Shown here piece after piece: positions 48,539 through 58,400 of a stretch of DNA of 64,000 nucleotides. Position 1 is the stretch's first letter; every line of letters begins with the position of its first letter. Source of the DNA: Myxococcota bacterium (lineage in GTDB: Bacteria; Myxococcota; XYA12-FULL-58-9; JABJBS01); assembly GCA_036339465.1 (NCBI GenBank), contig JAYZAY010000059.1, positions 46,471-110,470 on the forward strand, in the 5' to 3' direction. The position numbers and the translations under genes were made by a program. A model generated the notes under the pieces. That model saw nothing but the letters and a program-made list of their open reading frames with translations. It searched no databases and had not been told where the DNA came from.

Positions 48539-50160
48539 AGAGACGCACCAGCACCATTGGGAATTTGAACTGGTTTTTGGTAGGGCTTGTTTGCATGATT
48601 GCCGTACTTGGGGTTTACAATCTCCATTCCTCGGCGGCCACTAAAGAACCCACTCTCTATCTCACCCAATTGGCTTGGCTGCTCTGCGGTTCGGGCGTGA
48701 TTGTCTTGATGTTGTTTCCCGATTACAGGCTCTATGGTAGTACGGCATATTTCATCTTTTTTGTGGTCTGCGGATTCTTGGTGGCCGTTCTTTTATTGGG
48801 ACATTCCGCTGGTGGGGCTCAGCGATGGTTGTGGATCGGGCCCCTCAGGTTTCAGCCTTCCGAGTTGGCTAAATTGGCCACAATATTGTGTTTGGCCCGA
48901 TATTTCTCTCACAGGGTGCCCGAACAAGGGTATTCTTTGACGCTTTTATTTCGACCTTTGAATCCGTCGCGGCCGTTGGCGCTTTTGGGTGCCGTCGTTT
49001 TCTTTTGGGAGCGTCCTGGTTTCGCCGATCCCATTGGAACTCTAGCCCGCTCGATTCGAGAAAGAGTTCAAGTTTTGCCCGATCCGACTCTGGGAGTCCA
49101 GTGGTTTAAGGTTTGTCTCTTGAGTCTGATCTTTCTGTGCGCCATTGGAACCGGTTTCTTGGTGGTTCGTTGGGCACAGGCACAGGCCCTACTCGAGCCT
49201 TGGCCACCGAAAAGGAAAAACCGCTTACTTACTTTTATCAGCGTGGTGGCGTTGTCGGCGGTAAGTGGCATTATTTTTCAGTGGGACGAAGTTTGGCTGA
49301 GTGATCCACTCAATGCCATTTTAGTTGGTCTTTATGAAGGTGCGGCACCCGGAAATATCTACGGGGAATTCAAAGCACAAATTCTTTATCGTGGAGTATC
49401 GTTGGTGGTGGTGCTGGGCTATTTGGTGGCGTCTCTACACAACACCAAAACTCAGGCTCCGTTTGGGGATTCGTTGATTGCTCCCGTTGATTTATTAGGG
49501 GTCCCTGTGGTTTTGGTTTTGGTGGAGCCTGATTTGGGAACGGCGGGGGTGATTGCGCTCATTGGGATGTCTATGATCATGGTGGTGGGGATTCGGGCTC
49601 GTTCCATTTTGGTTCTGGGTGTTTTGGGAATTGCTTCATCGGTGGTGGGCTGGTTCGTCGTATTGAAGGACTACCAGAAACGTCGAATTCTAACGTTTCT
49701 CGATCCGGAGCACGATATTCATGGCGCAGGCTGGAATGCGGTCCAGTCGATGATAGCTGTGGGTTCTGGGCAGTTTTGGGGAAAAGGTCATCAGGGCGGT
49801 ACCCAAACTCAGCTTTCTTTTCTGCCTGAACAGCATACGGATTTTGCTTTTAGTGTTTGGGCCGAAGAGATGGGTTTTTCTGGTTGTGTGGGACTCTTGG
49901 TTTTATATACGGTCCTTTTGATTGTTTTGATCAACGTGGCAGCATTGGCTCGGGATACCCATGGAGCGTTGATTGCTGTGGGTGTAGCGGCGATGATTTT
50001 CTGGCAATTTGTGATCAACATTGGAATGGTGATCGGTATGTTTCCGGTGGTCGGTCTGACCCTCCCATTATTTTCCTATGGTGGGTCGAGCCTACTTACG
50101 ATTTTACTTGGGATTGGTTTGGTCTTGAATGTGGATCTAAGGAGCGGGAGAAGAACCTAG
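48535..50160 (+). CDS. rodA: SEDS glycosyltransferase RodA with large internal insertion
   Basis: GAQRW, QPSELAK, EPDLGT, YQKRRI, LPEQHTDF, LPLFSYGGSS; 541 aa versus roughly 370 aa for typical RodA. Confidence 0.95.
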   Translation: MKRRTSTIGNLNWFLVGLVCMIAVLGVYNLHSSAATKEPTLYLTQLAWLLCGSGVIVLMLFPDYRLYGSTAYFIFFVVCGFLVAVLLLGHSAGGAQRWLWIGPLRFQPSELAKLATILCLARYFSHRVPEQGYSLTLLFRPLNPSRPLALLGAVVFFWERPGFADPIGTLARSIRERVQVLPDPTLGVQWFKVCLLSLIFLCAIGTGFLVVRWAQAQALLEPWPPKRKNRLLTFISVVALSAVSGIIFQWDEVWLSDPLNAILVGLYEGAAPGNIYGEFKAQILYRGVSLVVVLGYLVASLHNTKTQAPFGDSLIAPVDLLGVPVVLVLVEPDLGTAGVIALIGMSMIMVVGIRARSILVLGVLGIASSVVGWFVVLKDYQKRRILTFLDPEHDIHGAGWNAVQSMIAVGSGQFWGKGHQGGTQTQLSFLPEQHTDFAFSVWAEEMGFSGCVGLLVLYTVLLIVLINVAALARDTHGALIAVGVAAMIFWQFVINIGMVIGMFPVVGLTLPLFSYGGSSLLTILLGIGLVLNVDLRSGRRT

Positions 50161-50180
50161 GTCTTGGGCTAGATTTGAGG

Positions 50181-50510
50181 TTAGCCGACGTGCTGGGTTA
50201 TCGCTTCATTGAGTTTGTCTTTGGTGACGAGTCCAACCAATTGCTCAACGACTTCTCCGCCTTTAAAGAGTAAAAGAGTGGGGATGGCACGGATTGCATA
50301 TTTGCTTGGTGTATTGGGGTGCTCATCGATATTCATCTTGCAAACCTTGACCTTACCGTCATTCGAATCAGCAAAGTCCGCGACCACAGGCGCCAAGGTT
50401 CGACATGGGCCACACCATTCCGCCCAAAAATCGACCAAAGTGGGAATATCGGACTGTAGAACCTGATTATCAAAGTCCGCATCTGTCAGCGTATGTACTT
50501 TGTCACTCAT
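50181..50510 (-). CDS. trxA: Thioredoxin
   Basis: VDFWAEWCGPC, IPTL; 109 aa; AGGAG SD. Confidence 0.97.
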   Translation of the reverse strand: MSDKVHTLTDADFDNQVLQSDIPTLVDFWAEWCGPCRTLAPVVADFADSNDGKVKVCKMNIDEHPNTPSKYAIRAIPTLLLFKGGEVVEQLVGLVTKDKLNEAITQHVG

Positions 50511-50686
50511 TTCAGAACTCCTTATAAATTAATGAGGTAGGTGCTCTCACTCATGAGAGTCAAATCGAGGCCAATATGGGCGGCCACTAGGGATTTTGCA
50601 AGGTCTTGATTTGAATTTTATTATTTTCGGATCATCTTAAAGACGAAAGACAATAAAAAACTTCTATTATTATGGTGCCTTAGTGA

Positions 50687-51439
50687 CTATTCTGGCGCTT
50701 TCTGTGGGCTCGATGGGGTGAGCTTCCACTCCAGCTCGGCTTTGCCTAGGGCGCTCACAATTCGCATTTTTAAAAATTCACTTTTAGGGGTCGCAATCAG
50801 TCGGTTCATGGGATCTGTGAGCCGAAATCGTACGAGGTAGCCCATATCAAACGCACCAATGTACGGGTAAACGGCTTTAAGGTTGGCATCTATTTTCACC
50901 TGAATAATCTCGTTTGGGGACACAATGACCCCATTGGAGCCCTCGAGTTCTAGCCGCCAGATGGAATCCTCCTTTGCCAAATCGTTCCAGCGAACTTTGT
51001 GGGTATAGGCGGATACGAAAAAATTGAGGTAGTGTTCTACGCCACCGCTGAGTTCCACTAATTCGCGTCGGGTTATTTCACCTCCATGGCCATAGATGTC
51101 GGGAAAGGCCAAGGCAAATACCCTTCGAAATTCGGGGGCGTGAAAGGTTGCGGTTAGAAACATTTTGGAGTCCAAGTCCCGATAAATCTTCGCACTCCGG
51201 GTCCAGGTATCGAGGACCTCTTGGTAATCACCGGTCTTTAGAAGTTTGACTGGCCCGAAGAGATTTACCTGCCTAACGGGTGTGGTGCAGCTTCCCATAA
51301 GTGCCATAAGCAGCACCACACCGATGAAGATGAGCCAATTAGCATCCGGGAACTTGATGGATTCTTTTGAAGTACCATTCTGTGGCGTTGTAAATGTCAT
51401 AAATATAGATTCATCCTTCAATACCCTGTGTTTGGTCAT
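50687..51439 (-). CDS. Hypothetical lipoprotein
   Basis: Hydrophobic stretch ending LMGSC (lipobox-like); long uninterrupted ORF. The start is probably downstream of 51439. Confidence 0.7.
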   Translation of the reverse strand: MTKHRVLKDESIFMTFTTPQNGTSKESIKFPDANWLIFIGVVLLMALMGSCTTPVRQVNLFGPVKLLKTGDYQEVLDTWTRSAKIYRDLDSKMFLTATFHAPEFRRVFALAFPDIYGHGGEITRRELVELSGGVEHYLNFFVSAYTHKVRWNDLAKEDSIWRLELEGSNGVIVSPNEIIQVKIDANLKAVYPYIGAFDMGYLVRFRLTDPMNRLIATPKSEFLKMRIVSALGKAELEWKLTPSSPQKAPE

Positions 51440-51800
51440 CTACTAGGAGCAACTTGCCTTGGAAGGTAGCCCCGTCGCTGATATCCACTTTAGGAGCCAT
51501 CAAATCGCCATGCACGGTGGCTCCCTTAATGAGCTGAATCTTTTCCCGTGCCTGAATGGTTCCCCAAACCCGTCCTTCAATGATGACGATTGCGCCGTGA
51601 ATGGGACCTTCCACAATAGCTGAGTGCGCAATTGTTAATTTAGCTTGGCTTCGCAGTCGGCCCCTGACGATGCCTGCCACTAGAAGATTTTGGTCGGTAT
51701 TAACTTCTCCATCGATCACCAGGGACGGACCCAATTGCGCCGTGGGGATGTCGGGGTTAGGTAGGGCCTTTGGTTTTGCTTGCTCACCGGTTTCATGCAT
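51411..51800 (-). CDS. Bactofilin (polymer-forming cytoskeletal protein)
   Basis: LGPSLVIDGEV...LLVAGIVRG...IIEGRVWGTIQA...VHGDLMAPKVDISDGATFQG beta-helix repeats. Confidence 0.92.
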   Translation of the reverse strand: MHETGEQAKPKALPNPDIPTAQLGPSLVIDGEVNTDQNLLVAGIVRGRLRSQAKLTIAHSAIVEGPIHGAIVIIEGRVWGTIQAREKIQLIKGATVHGDLMAPKVDISDGATFQGKLLLVDDQTQGIEG

Positions 51801-52201
51801 ACTTGAACCTAGCGATTCTTTGTTAAATTGGCTAAATTTTGGCGCTGGAAAAGCGCCTACCCGTGGTTTTTGGACGTGAAACGATTTTCGCACTTCAAAA
51901 TTGGCGAAATCCCGTCCTCATGGGCCTTTGGTCCTACCGAAACAGCGATTTATTTCAGTTTTGGCACGATTTGGGGCCCCACGGGTCGATGTATGGGAAA
52001 TTCGTTTTGATTTTAGATTTTCCGTCTAATTTTCGTTTGATGGGGCTCTATTCACTGAATAGGGATTCGGAATATAGTTCGCACTTTAAATAAGTTGTTT
52101 GTATTCTTGGTGCCCAATTCAATAGCCCAAAATAGACGCCCTATCAGACACTTACCTACACATTGTTCTGAGGCGCCGAGTTTTTTGGGGGAGCTAAAAG
52201 A

Positions 52202-52217
52202 TGGCATGCTTTGTGCG
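52202..52217 (+). promoter_or_regulatory. Possible sigma54 (-24/-12) promoter upstream of the PKS
   Basis: TGGCATGCTTTGTGCG, i.e. GG-N10-GC close to the TGGCACG-N4-TTGC consensus. Confidence 0.35.
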
Positions 52218-52487
52218 TGCTTGGCCCCATTACCATAGGAGGGTTTCCATGAGAATGCATGGTCAAACTGAGATAGATTCACCGAGAAGTACCCAAGAAC
52301 TCCCGCAATTAATTAAGGCGACTAAGTCGGAAAAGGATGACACTGAAGGTTGGCGAAACAAGTCGTGGCGACGTCAGAGTCTCTCTTGGTCGAGAGAATG
52401 GGGCCAAGCTCGAGGCTGTCACCAGCACTAATCCACTTCATTTTGTTCAATTGCTCCGGGTGGAGTCCAGGTTTTTCGAGGATATCA

Positions 52488-55400
52488 ATGTCTAGACCTA
52501 ACACAAATACTGTCCGTGAACCCATTGCCATTATCGGACTAGGGGGCTGCCTTCCAGGAGCCTCCAATATAGAGACCTATTGGAAAAATATATGTGAGGG
52601 TCAAAGTGCCATTCGTGAAGTACCCGCTCAACGATGGAACCCAGACGACTACTATTCCGAAATCAAGACTGAACCCGATAAAACATACAGCAAGATCGGT
52701 GGGTTTTTGGATGAAGTCCCCTTTGAATCCAAGCGTTTTCGAATCCCTCCCAAAACAGCGGATTTTGTCGATAATGTTCAAAAATTGGCATTGACGGCGG
52801 TGGCGGATGCCCTAGAGGATGCGGATCTCCAATTGCGCCAAGATGCTAAAATCGGTCGAAGTTTTGATCGTGAACGCACGGCAGTGATTTTGGGTAATTC
52901 CATGGGTGGGGAGTTCGAGGACAAAACGAATCTAAGGGTTTGGTTTCCCGAAATGCGGAATTTGATTTCCAATAGTCTTGAGAAAAAGAACCTGTCCGAT
53001 TCGGAGGTGAAGTCCATCGTGGAGGAGATTGAATCCACATACAAGCAGAGACTTCCCCCGATTACCGAAGATTCTATGCCCGGTGAATTGTCCAATTGCA
53101 TTGCCGGGCGGGTGGCCAATGCTTTTGATCTATGTGGTCCGAATTTTACGACAGATGCTGCATGTGCTGCTTCAATGGCCGCGGTCAAAACAGCCTTTGA
53201 TGGTCTCCAGCTCGAAGAATTTGATATGGCGGTGGTCGGTGGGGTGGATCAGCAGATGGATCCGCCAACTTTCGTTAAGTTTTCAAAAATAGGTGCATTG
53301 TCGGCAGAAATAAGTGCGCCGTTCGATGCCCGTGCCAGTGGTTTCGTGATGGGAGAAGGGGTTGGGATTCTTGTCTTAAAAAGAGTCTCCGACGCTCTGG
53401 CCGATGGCGACAAAATTTATGCGACCATTCGCGGTATTGGCTCAGCCAGTGATGGCAAGGGTAAAGGGCTTACCGCACCTAATCCTCGGGGGCAAAAGCT
53501 TGCGGTTGCACGTGCCTACGAAAAAATAAACTTCGACATTGATTCGGTTGGATTATTTGAGGCCCATGGTACTGCGACGCCTGTGGGTGACAGGGTCGAA
53601 CTTTCGGTGTTAACGGATTTGCTACGGGAGTCTGGTATGAGTCCCAAGGAAATTCCAATTGGTTCCGTTAAGTCCATGATTGGACACCTTAAAGGTGCCG
53701 CGGGGGCAGCAGCGCTTATCAAAACAAGTCTCGCGCTCCATCACAAAGTGTTACCGCCGAGCACCAATTTCCAAAGACCTACTTCTGGGTCTCCCCTTCA
53801 TGAGAAGTATCTGTCTGTAAATACCAAGACCCAAGTCTGGAATGACTCCGAGTGTCCTCGTCGGGCCGGTGTCAGCGCGTTTGGATTTGGTGGAACGAAC
53901 TTTCATGTGGTTCTCGAAGAGCATTCAGAAAAATCACAAGAATTAAATACTAAGATAAGCCAAGAGAAAGACGAAAAAACCATGGTGACCCCCCGTAAAT
54001 CCGCGCAGCCTACATCCGATCTCAAGGGTCTTATTGTCAGTGTTCAAGAGATCTTTGCTCAGGCGACAGGGTATGAGGCCAATGAATTAGAACCGGATTA
54101 TCTCCTGGAGGCCGATCTCGGTATTGATACGGTGAAGCAGGCAGAGATTATGGCTCAGATACGTGAAACTTACTCCTTACCAAAAGAGGAAAGTTTTAAT
54201 CTATCGGAGATTCAGACGATTTCCGCGGTGGCTCAATACGTACAATCCAGAGTTTCGGTGGCTTGGGGCCAAGGGATTGGCAATGCCCCGGTTAAGGCCA
54301 CAACGGCGGTGGATGCGACCTTGCCAGCGAAAATGTTTCCTTATCTTGCGGTTGAAGGTGTGGATAAAACCGCTTTATTGAATAAGCTTACGGAGATTGA
54401 GTATGCCGATGCCTCCGCTGAGGCGAAGATTTCCTTAACCGGCCAGGTAAGACTCGTCGCTGCCGCACCAACCAAAGAGAGTTTAGATAAAAAGCTCGAG
54501 GGTATCGAAAAAGGAAGTCCTCGTATTCTGCGCAACAAAGGTGTCTATTTCTCTGCGGCGGATTCAGATTTAGACAATGGAAAGATTGCATTTCTCTTTC
54601 CTGGGCAAGGTTCACAGTATTTAAATATGTGTAAGGACCTCGCTGAGGATTATCCCGTTGTCATGGATACATTCCTGGAGGCTGACGGGATTTTAGAACC
54701 GATGATTGGTCGTAAGCTGACTGAGCTTTGTTGGCCAGCGGACATGAGTGATCCGGTACAACGCGATCTTGATTTACGGCAAACCGAAATTTGTCAGCCC
54801 GCCATGCTGGCAGCGGATATAGCACTCATGAGGCTACTTCTCGCCCATGGGATTAGGCCTGATTATGTGGTGGGCCATTCGTTGGGTGAGTATGCGGCGT
54901 GTGTGGCTGCGGGTGTTTTGAGCTTTGCGGATGCAATTTATGCCGTTAGTGCTCGCGGTCGAGAGATGGCGAGTGTGAAAGTGGATGATTGTGGATTAAT
55001 GGCGGTGGTCTTGGGGGGCGTAGAGGAAGTTGAGCCGATTATTTCCTCTGTTGAAGGGTATGTGGTGTCTGCGAATAAGAATTGTTTTAAGCAAACCGTT
55101 ATCGCGGGGGAAACCAAAGCGGTGAAACAGGCGATTGAAAAATGCGTCGCTGCTGGTTTTAATTCTCGGACCATTCCCGTCTCTCACGCTTTTCATACTG
55201 AGATCGTGGCGCCGGCCACGATGCCAATGAGAAAAGTCCTCGATAATTTGGATATACGTTGTGCCGGTATTCCCATTCTTTCGAATGTAACGGGTGAGGA
55301 ATATCCCGAGTCCCCTGAGGAGATCCGGGCTCTATTGACCAAGCAGCTTGCGAGTCCTGTTGAATTCATTAAGCAGGTGGATAGCCTCTATACACGGGGG

Positions 55401-58400
55401 GTTCGGACGTTTATCGAAGTTGGTCCCAAAAAGGCAATCACTGGTTTTGTGACGAACATTTTGGAAAACCGAAAACACGTAGCTCTTTTCACCAATTACC
55501 ATAAGTTGGGTGGTCAGGAGTGTTTTCTCAATTCACTGGCCTATTTGTCCAGTCGTGGGATGACGATCGATTTTGCGGGGACTCAGCCTTCGGAAGTGCA
55601 GCGACGCCCAGAAGTTGCACCTTCGGTAAATTCGCAGCCTCTCAATCTAGCCACAGGCTCTAGCCAAACAAAGACTGTGGTCAGTGGTCTCGGTGTGGCC
55701 TTGCCGAGGGAGGATGCCTGTGGTGGTGTTGATGAGGATCTCTTTGATGAAATCCTGCGGGGAAAGAATTTCATTCGTCATTTGACCCACAAAACCCGTA
55801 CTGAGATGGCAAGCCTAAATATCACCCGAGTTGACAAGGCCAATGGTACCTTCGAAACCATGACCTCCAGTGACGAAGTGATTCAATTGTGTGGTCAGTT
55901 GAATTTGCCAGACTTGGTGGAAGATTATGGTGTGGATGCGGCACTAACTAGCGCCATTGATGCCACAACTAAATTGGCGATTGCCACTGGGATCGAAGCC
56001 TTACGAGACGCAGGGCTTCCCCTCGTACCGCGATACCGAACGACTTCCACAGGTAAAAAACTTTTTGTCGGTTATCGACTTCCTGAAAAAGTAGGGAAGC
56101 GAACCGGCGTTATTTTTGCCTCAGCCTTTCCAGGCTTGGATGAGCTAATCGCGGAGGTGACGAAATTCAATAAACAAGCCGCGAAAAACGAATCGAGCGG
56201 TGAGTCCGTCGCTTATCAATTCGACCGGAAATTTCTTTTTCGGATCCTATCGCTGGGTCATGCTCAATTTGCACAGGTGGTTGGAGCCATGGGGCCCAAT
56301 ACCCAAATAAACGCCGCCTGTGCAGCGGGAGCGCAAGCTATTGGCATTGCCAGTGATTGGATTACTTTGGGGCGTTGTGATCGAGTGGTTGTTCTCTCCG
56401 CTGACGATGCAACAAATGAATCGAGCTTTGCGTGGCTCGGTGCAGGATTCCTCGCCACTGGTGCGGCCAGTGTTGCTACGGATGCGACCAAAGCTGCGGT
56501 TCCTTTCGGAAAGAATCGCAACGGTATGATTATGGGCTGCGGTGCTGCGGCATTTGTGGTGGAAAAGGATGCAGAATGTAGAGCTCGGGGAATCTTACCT
56601 TTGGTGGAAATATTGGCGTCTAGGTTCGCCAACAGTGCCTTTCATGCCACACGATTGGAATTTGGCTCCATTCGAGAGAACTTCAATGAGTTCATCGATA
56701 CCCTTTGTTCTAAAGTTGGAATTAGCCGTGCTGAATTAGCGCGTCGTTGTTTTTTTATGTCCCATGAAACCTATACCCCCGCGAGGGGCGGGAGTTCAGC
56801 GGCCGAAATGGACGCACTCCGCGATGTCTTCGGCGACGAAGTGGGTAAAGTTCTTATTAGTAACACCAAAGGCTTTACCGGCCACCCCATGGGCGCATCC
56901 CTTGAGGATGCCGTGGCGGTGAAGGGGCTGCAGCGGGGGCTTGTTCCACCGATTGCCAATTTCACCGAAGTGGATCCAGACTTCTCAGACTTACATTTTG
57001 CTCGGGGACAAGAGGATCAGAAGCGAGACATCGGTATTCGATTTGCGGCCGGTTTTGGGTCCCAATTGGCTCTTAATGGCTATCGGCGCATCGCCACTTC
57101 GGAAAATCGGTGGCTCGATAAAGTACGATTTATGGAATGGAGCAAGGAGATGTCAGGGCTTGAAGAGCCGGCTTTCTTAATCGAGCATCGCCAATTTCGG
57201 ATTGTTGAGAAAGCGGGGAAGCCTTTGGATGAGATGAAGTTGTGGCGGGGTTTTGATCCAGGTGCGGAGGCCGTTACTGAAGATAATGCGGGTTTTGTTG
57301 TTCGTGGCGACCAGAAACCCTCGAGACAACGTTCAGAACTTCTTACGGAGATAGTGTCTCTTTTTGTGACAGAAACGGGCTATGAAGAAAGTGAATTAGG
57401 TCCCGGATTTGACCTGGAAAGTGACTTAGGAATCGATACCGTCAAGCAAGCTGAGATACTGGCCATGGTCAGAGATCGATACCCACTTGTCGACGGCGAA
57501 CTGAAACCACTGAGTGAATTGAATACGATTGATCGGCTGGTGGATTTCATCTTTTCAAAGCTTTCTGACACAGCCCATGAGTATGGCTCAGCCGCTCCTA
57601 TTGATAGCCAAGCTCCCTTATCTCGTTCGCATATTGCCTCCTTTCAATATTCCGAAGATGCAATTCGAGCCCGTGTTCTGACTATCTTTTGTGAGCAGAC
57701 TGGTTATACGCCGTCTGATTTCGAGGACGACCATCTTCTCGAAGAAGATCTCGGGATCGACACGGTGAAACAAGCAGAGGTTTTTAGTCTCTTAACGGAA
57801 GAGTTTGGTTTAGAACGGGACGAAAATTTCATTTTGGCCGATTTGAATACCGTAGGTCGAATCGTTCAGTTTGTGCAGACCTTTGAATCCATCGAGAAGT
57901 CCGATGACTTGGTGTATTCATCCGCCCAAAGTGTCTCGATGAAAATCGATTCCACCGACTACATGACCAATATTAAAATGATTTTCGCCGCCGAAACGGG
58001 CTATGAGCCAGAGGAACTCGAAGATGATTTATTACTGGAAGCGGATTTAGGAATCGATACCGTTAAGCAAGCTGAGGTTATGGCTCGCGTGCGAGAGGCC
58101 TATGGGTTGGCTCAAAGTGAAAGTTTCAATCTTTCCGATTATCAAACCTTGGAACAAATTACGCAATATGTTGCAGCCAAAGTCGATTTAAGTACCCAGG
58201 CCGATTCTCTAGAAACCGTTGCGAAAATTCCAACTCCCATTGAAGATGAGGCTTTAACCGAAACGGTGAATAACGTTAAAGCTCCGAAATTAGACCTTGG
58301 CTCATTCTCAGTTAGGCCTGTGGCGTTTGGTTGGACTGAAAATCTGACGGACATCACCTCTATTTGGAAAGGGAAAAAGGTATGGCTCTTGGGAGGTGAC

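Noticed and set aside
52350..52487. 46-codon N-terminal extension of the PKS from TTG 52350
   Set aside because: No domain similarity; ATG 52488 has an SD and directly precedes the KS start (EPIAIIG).
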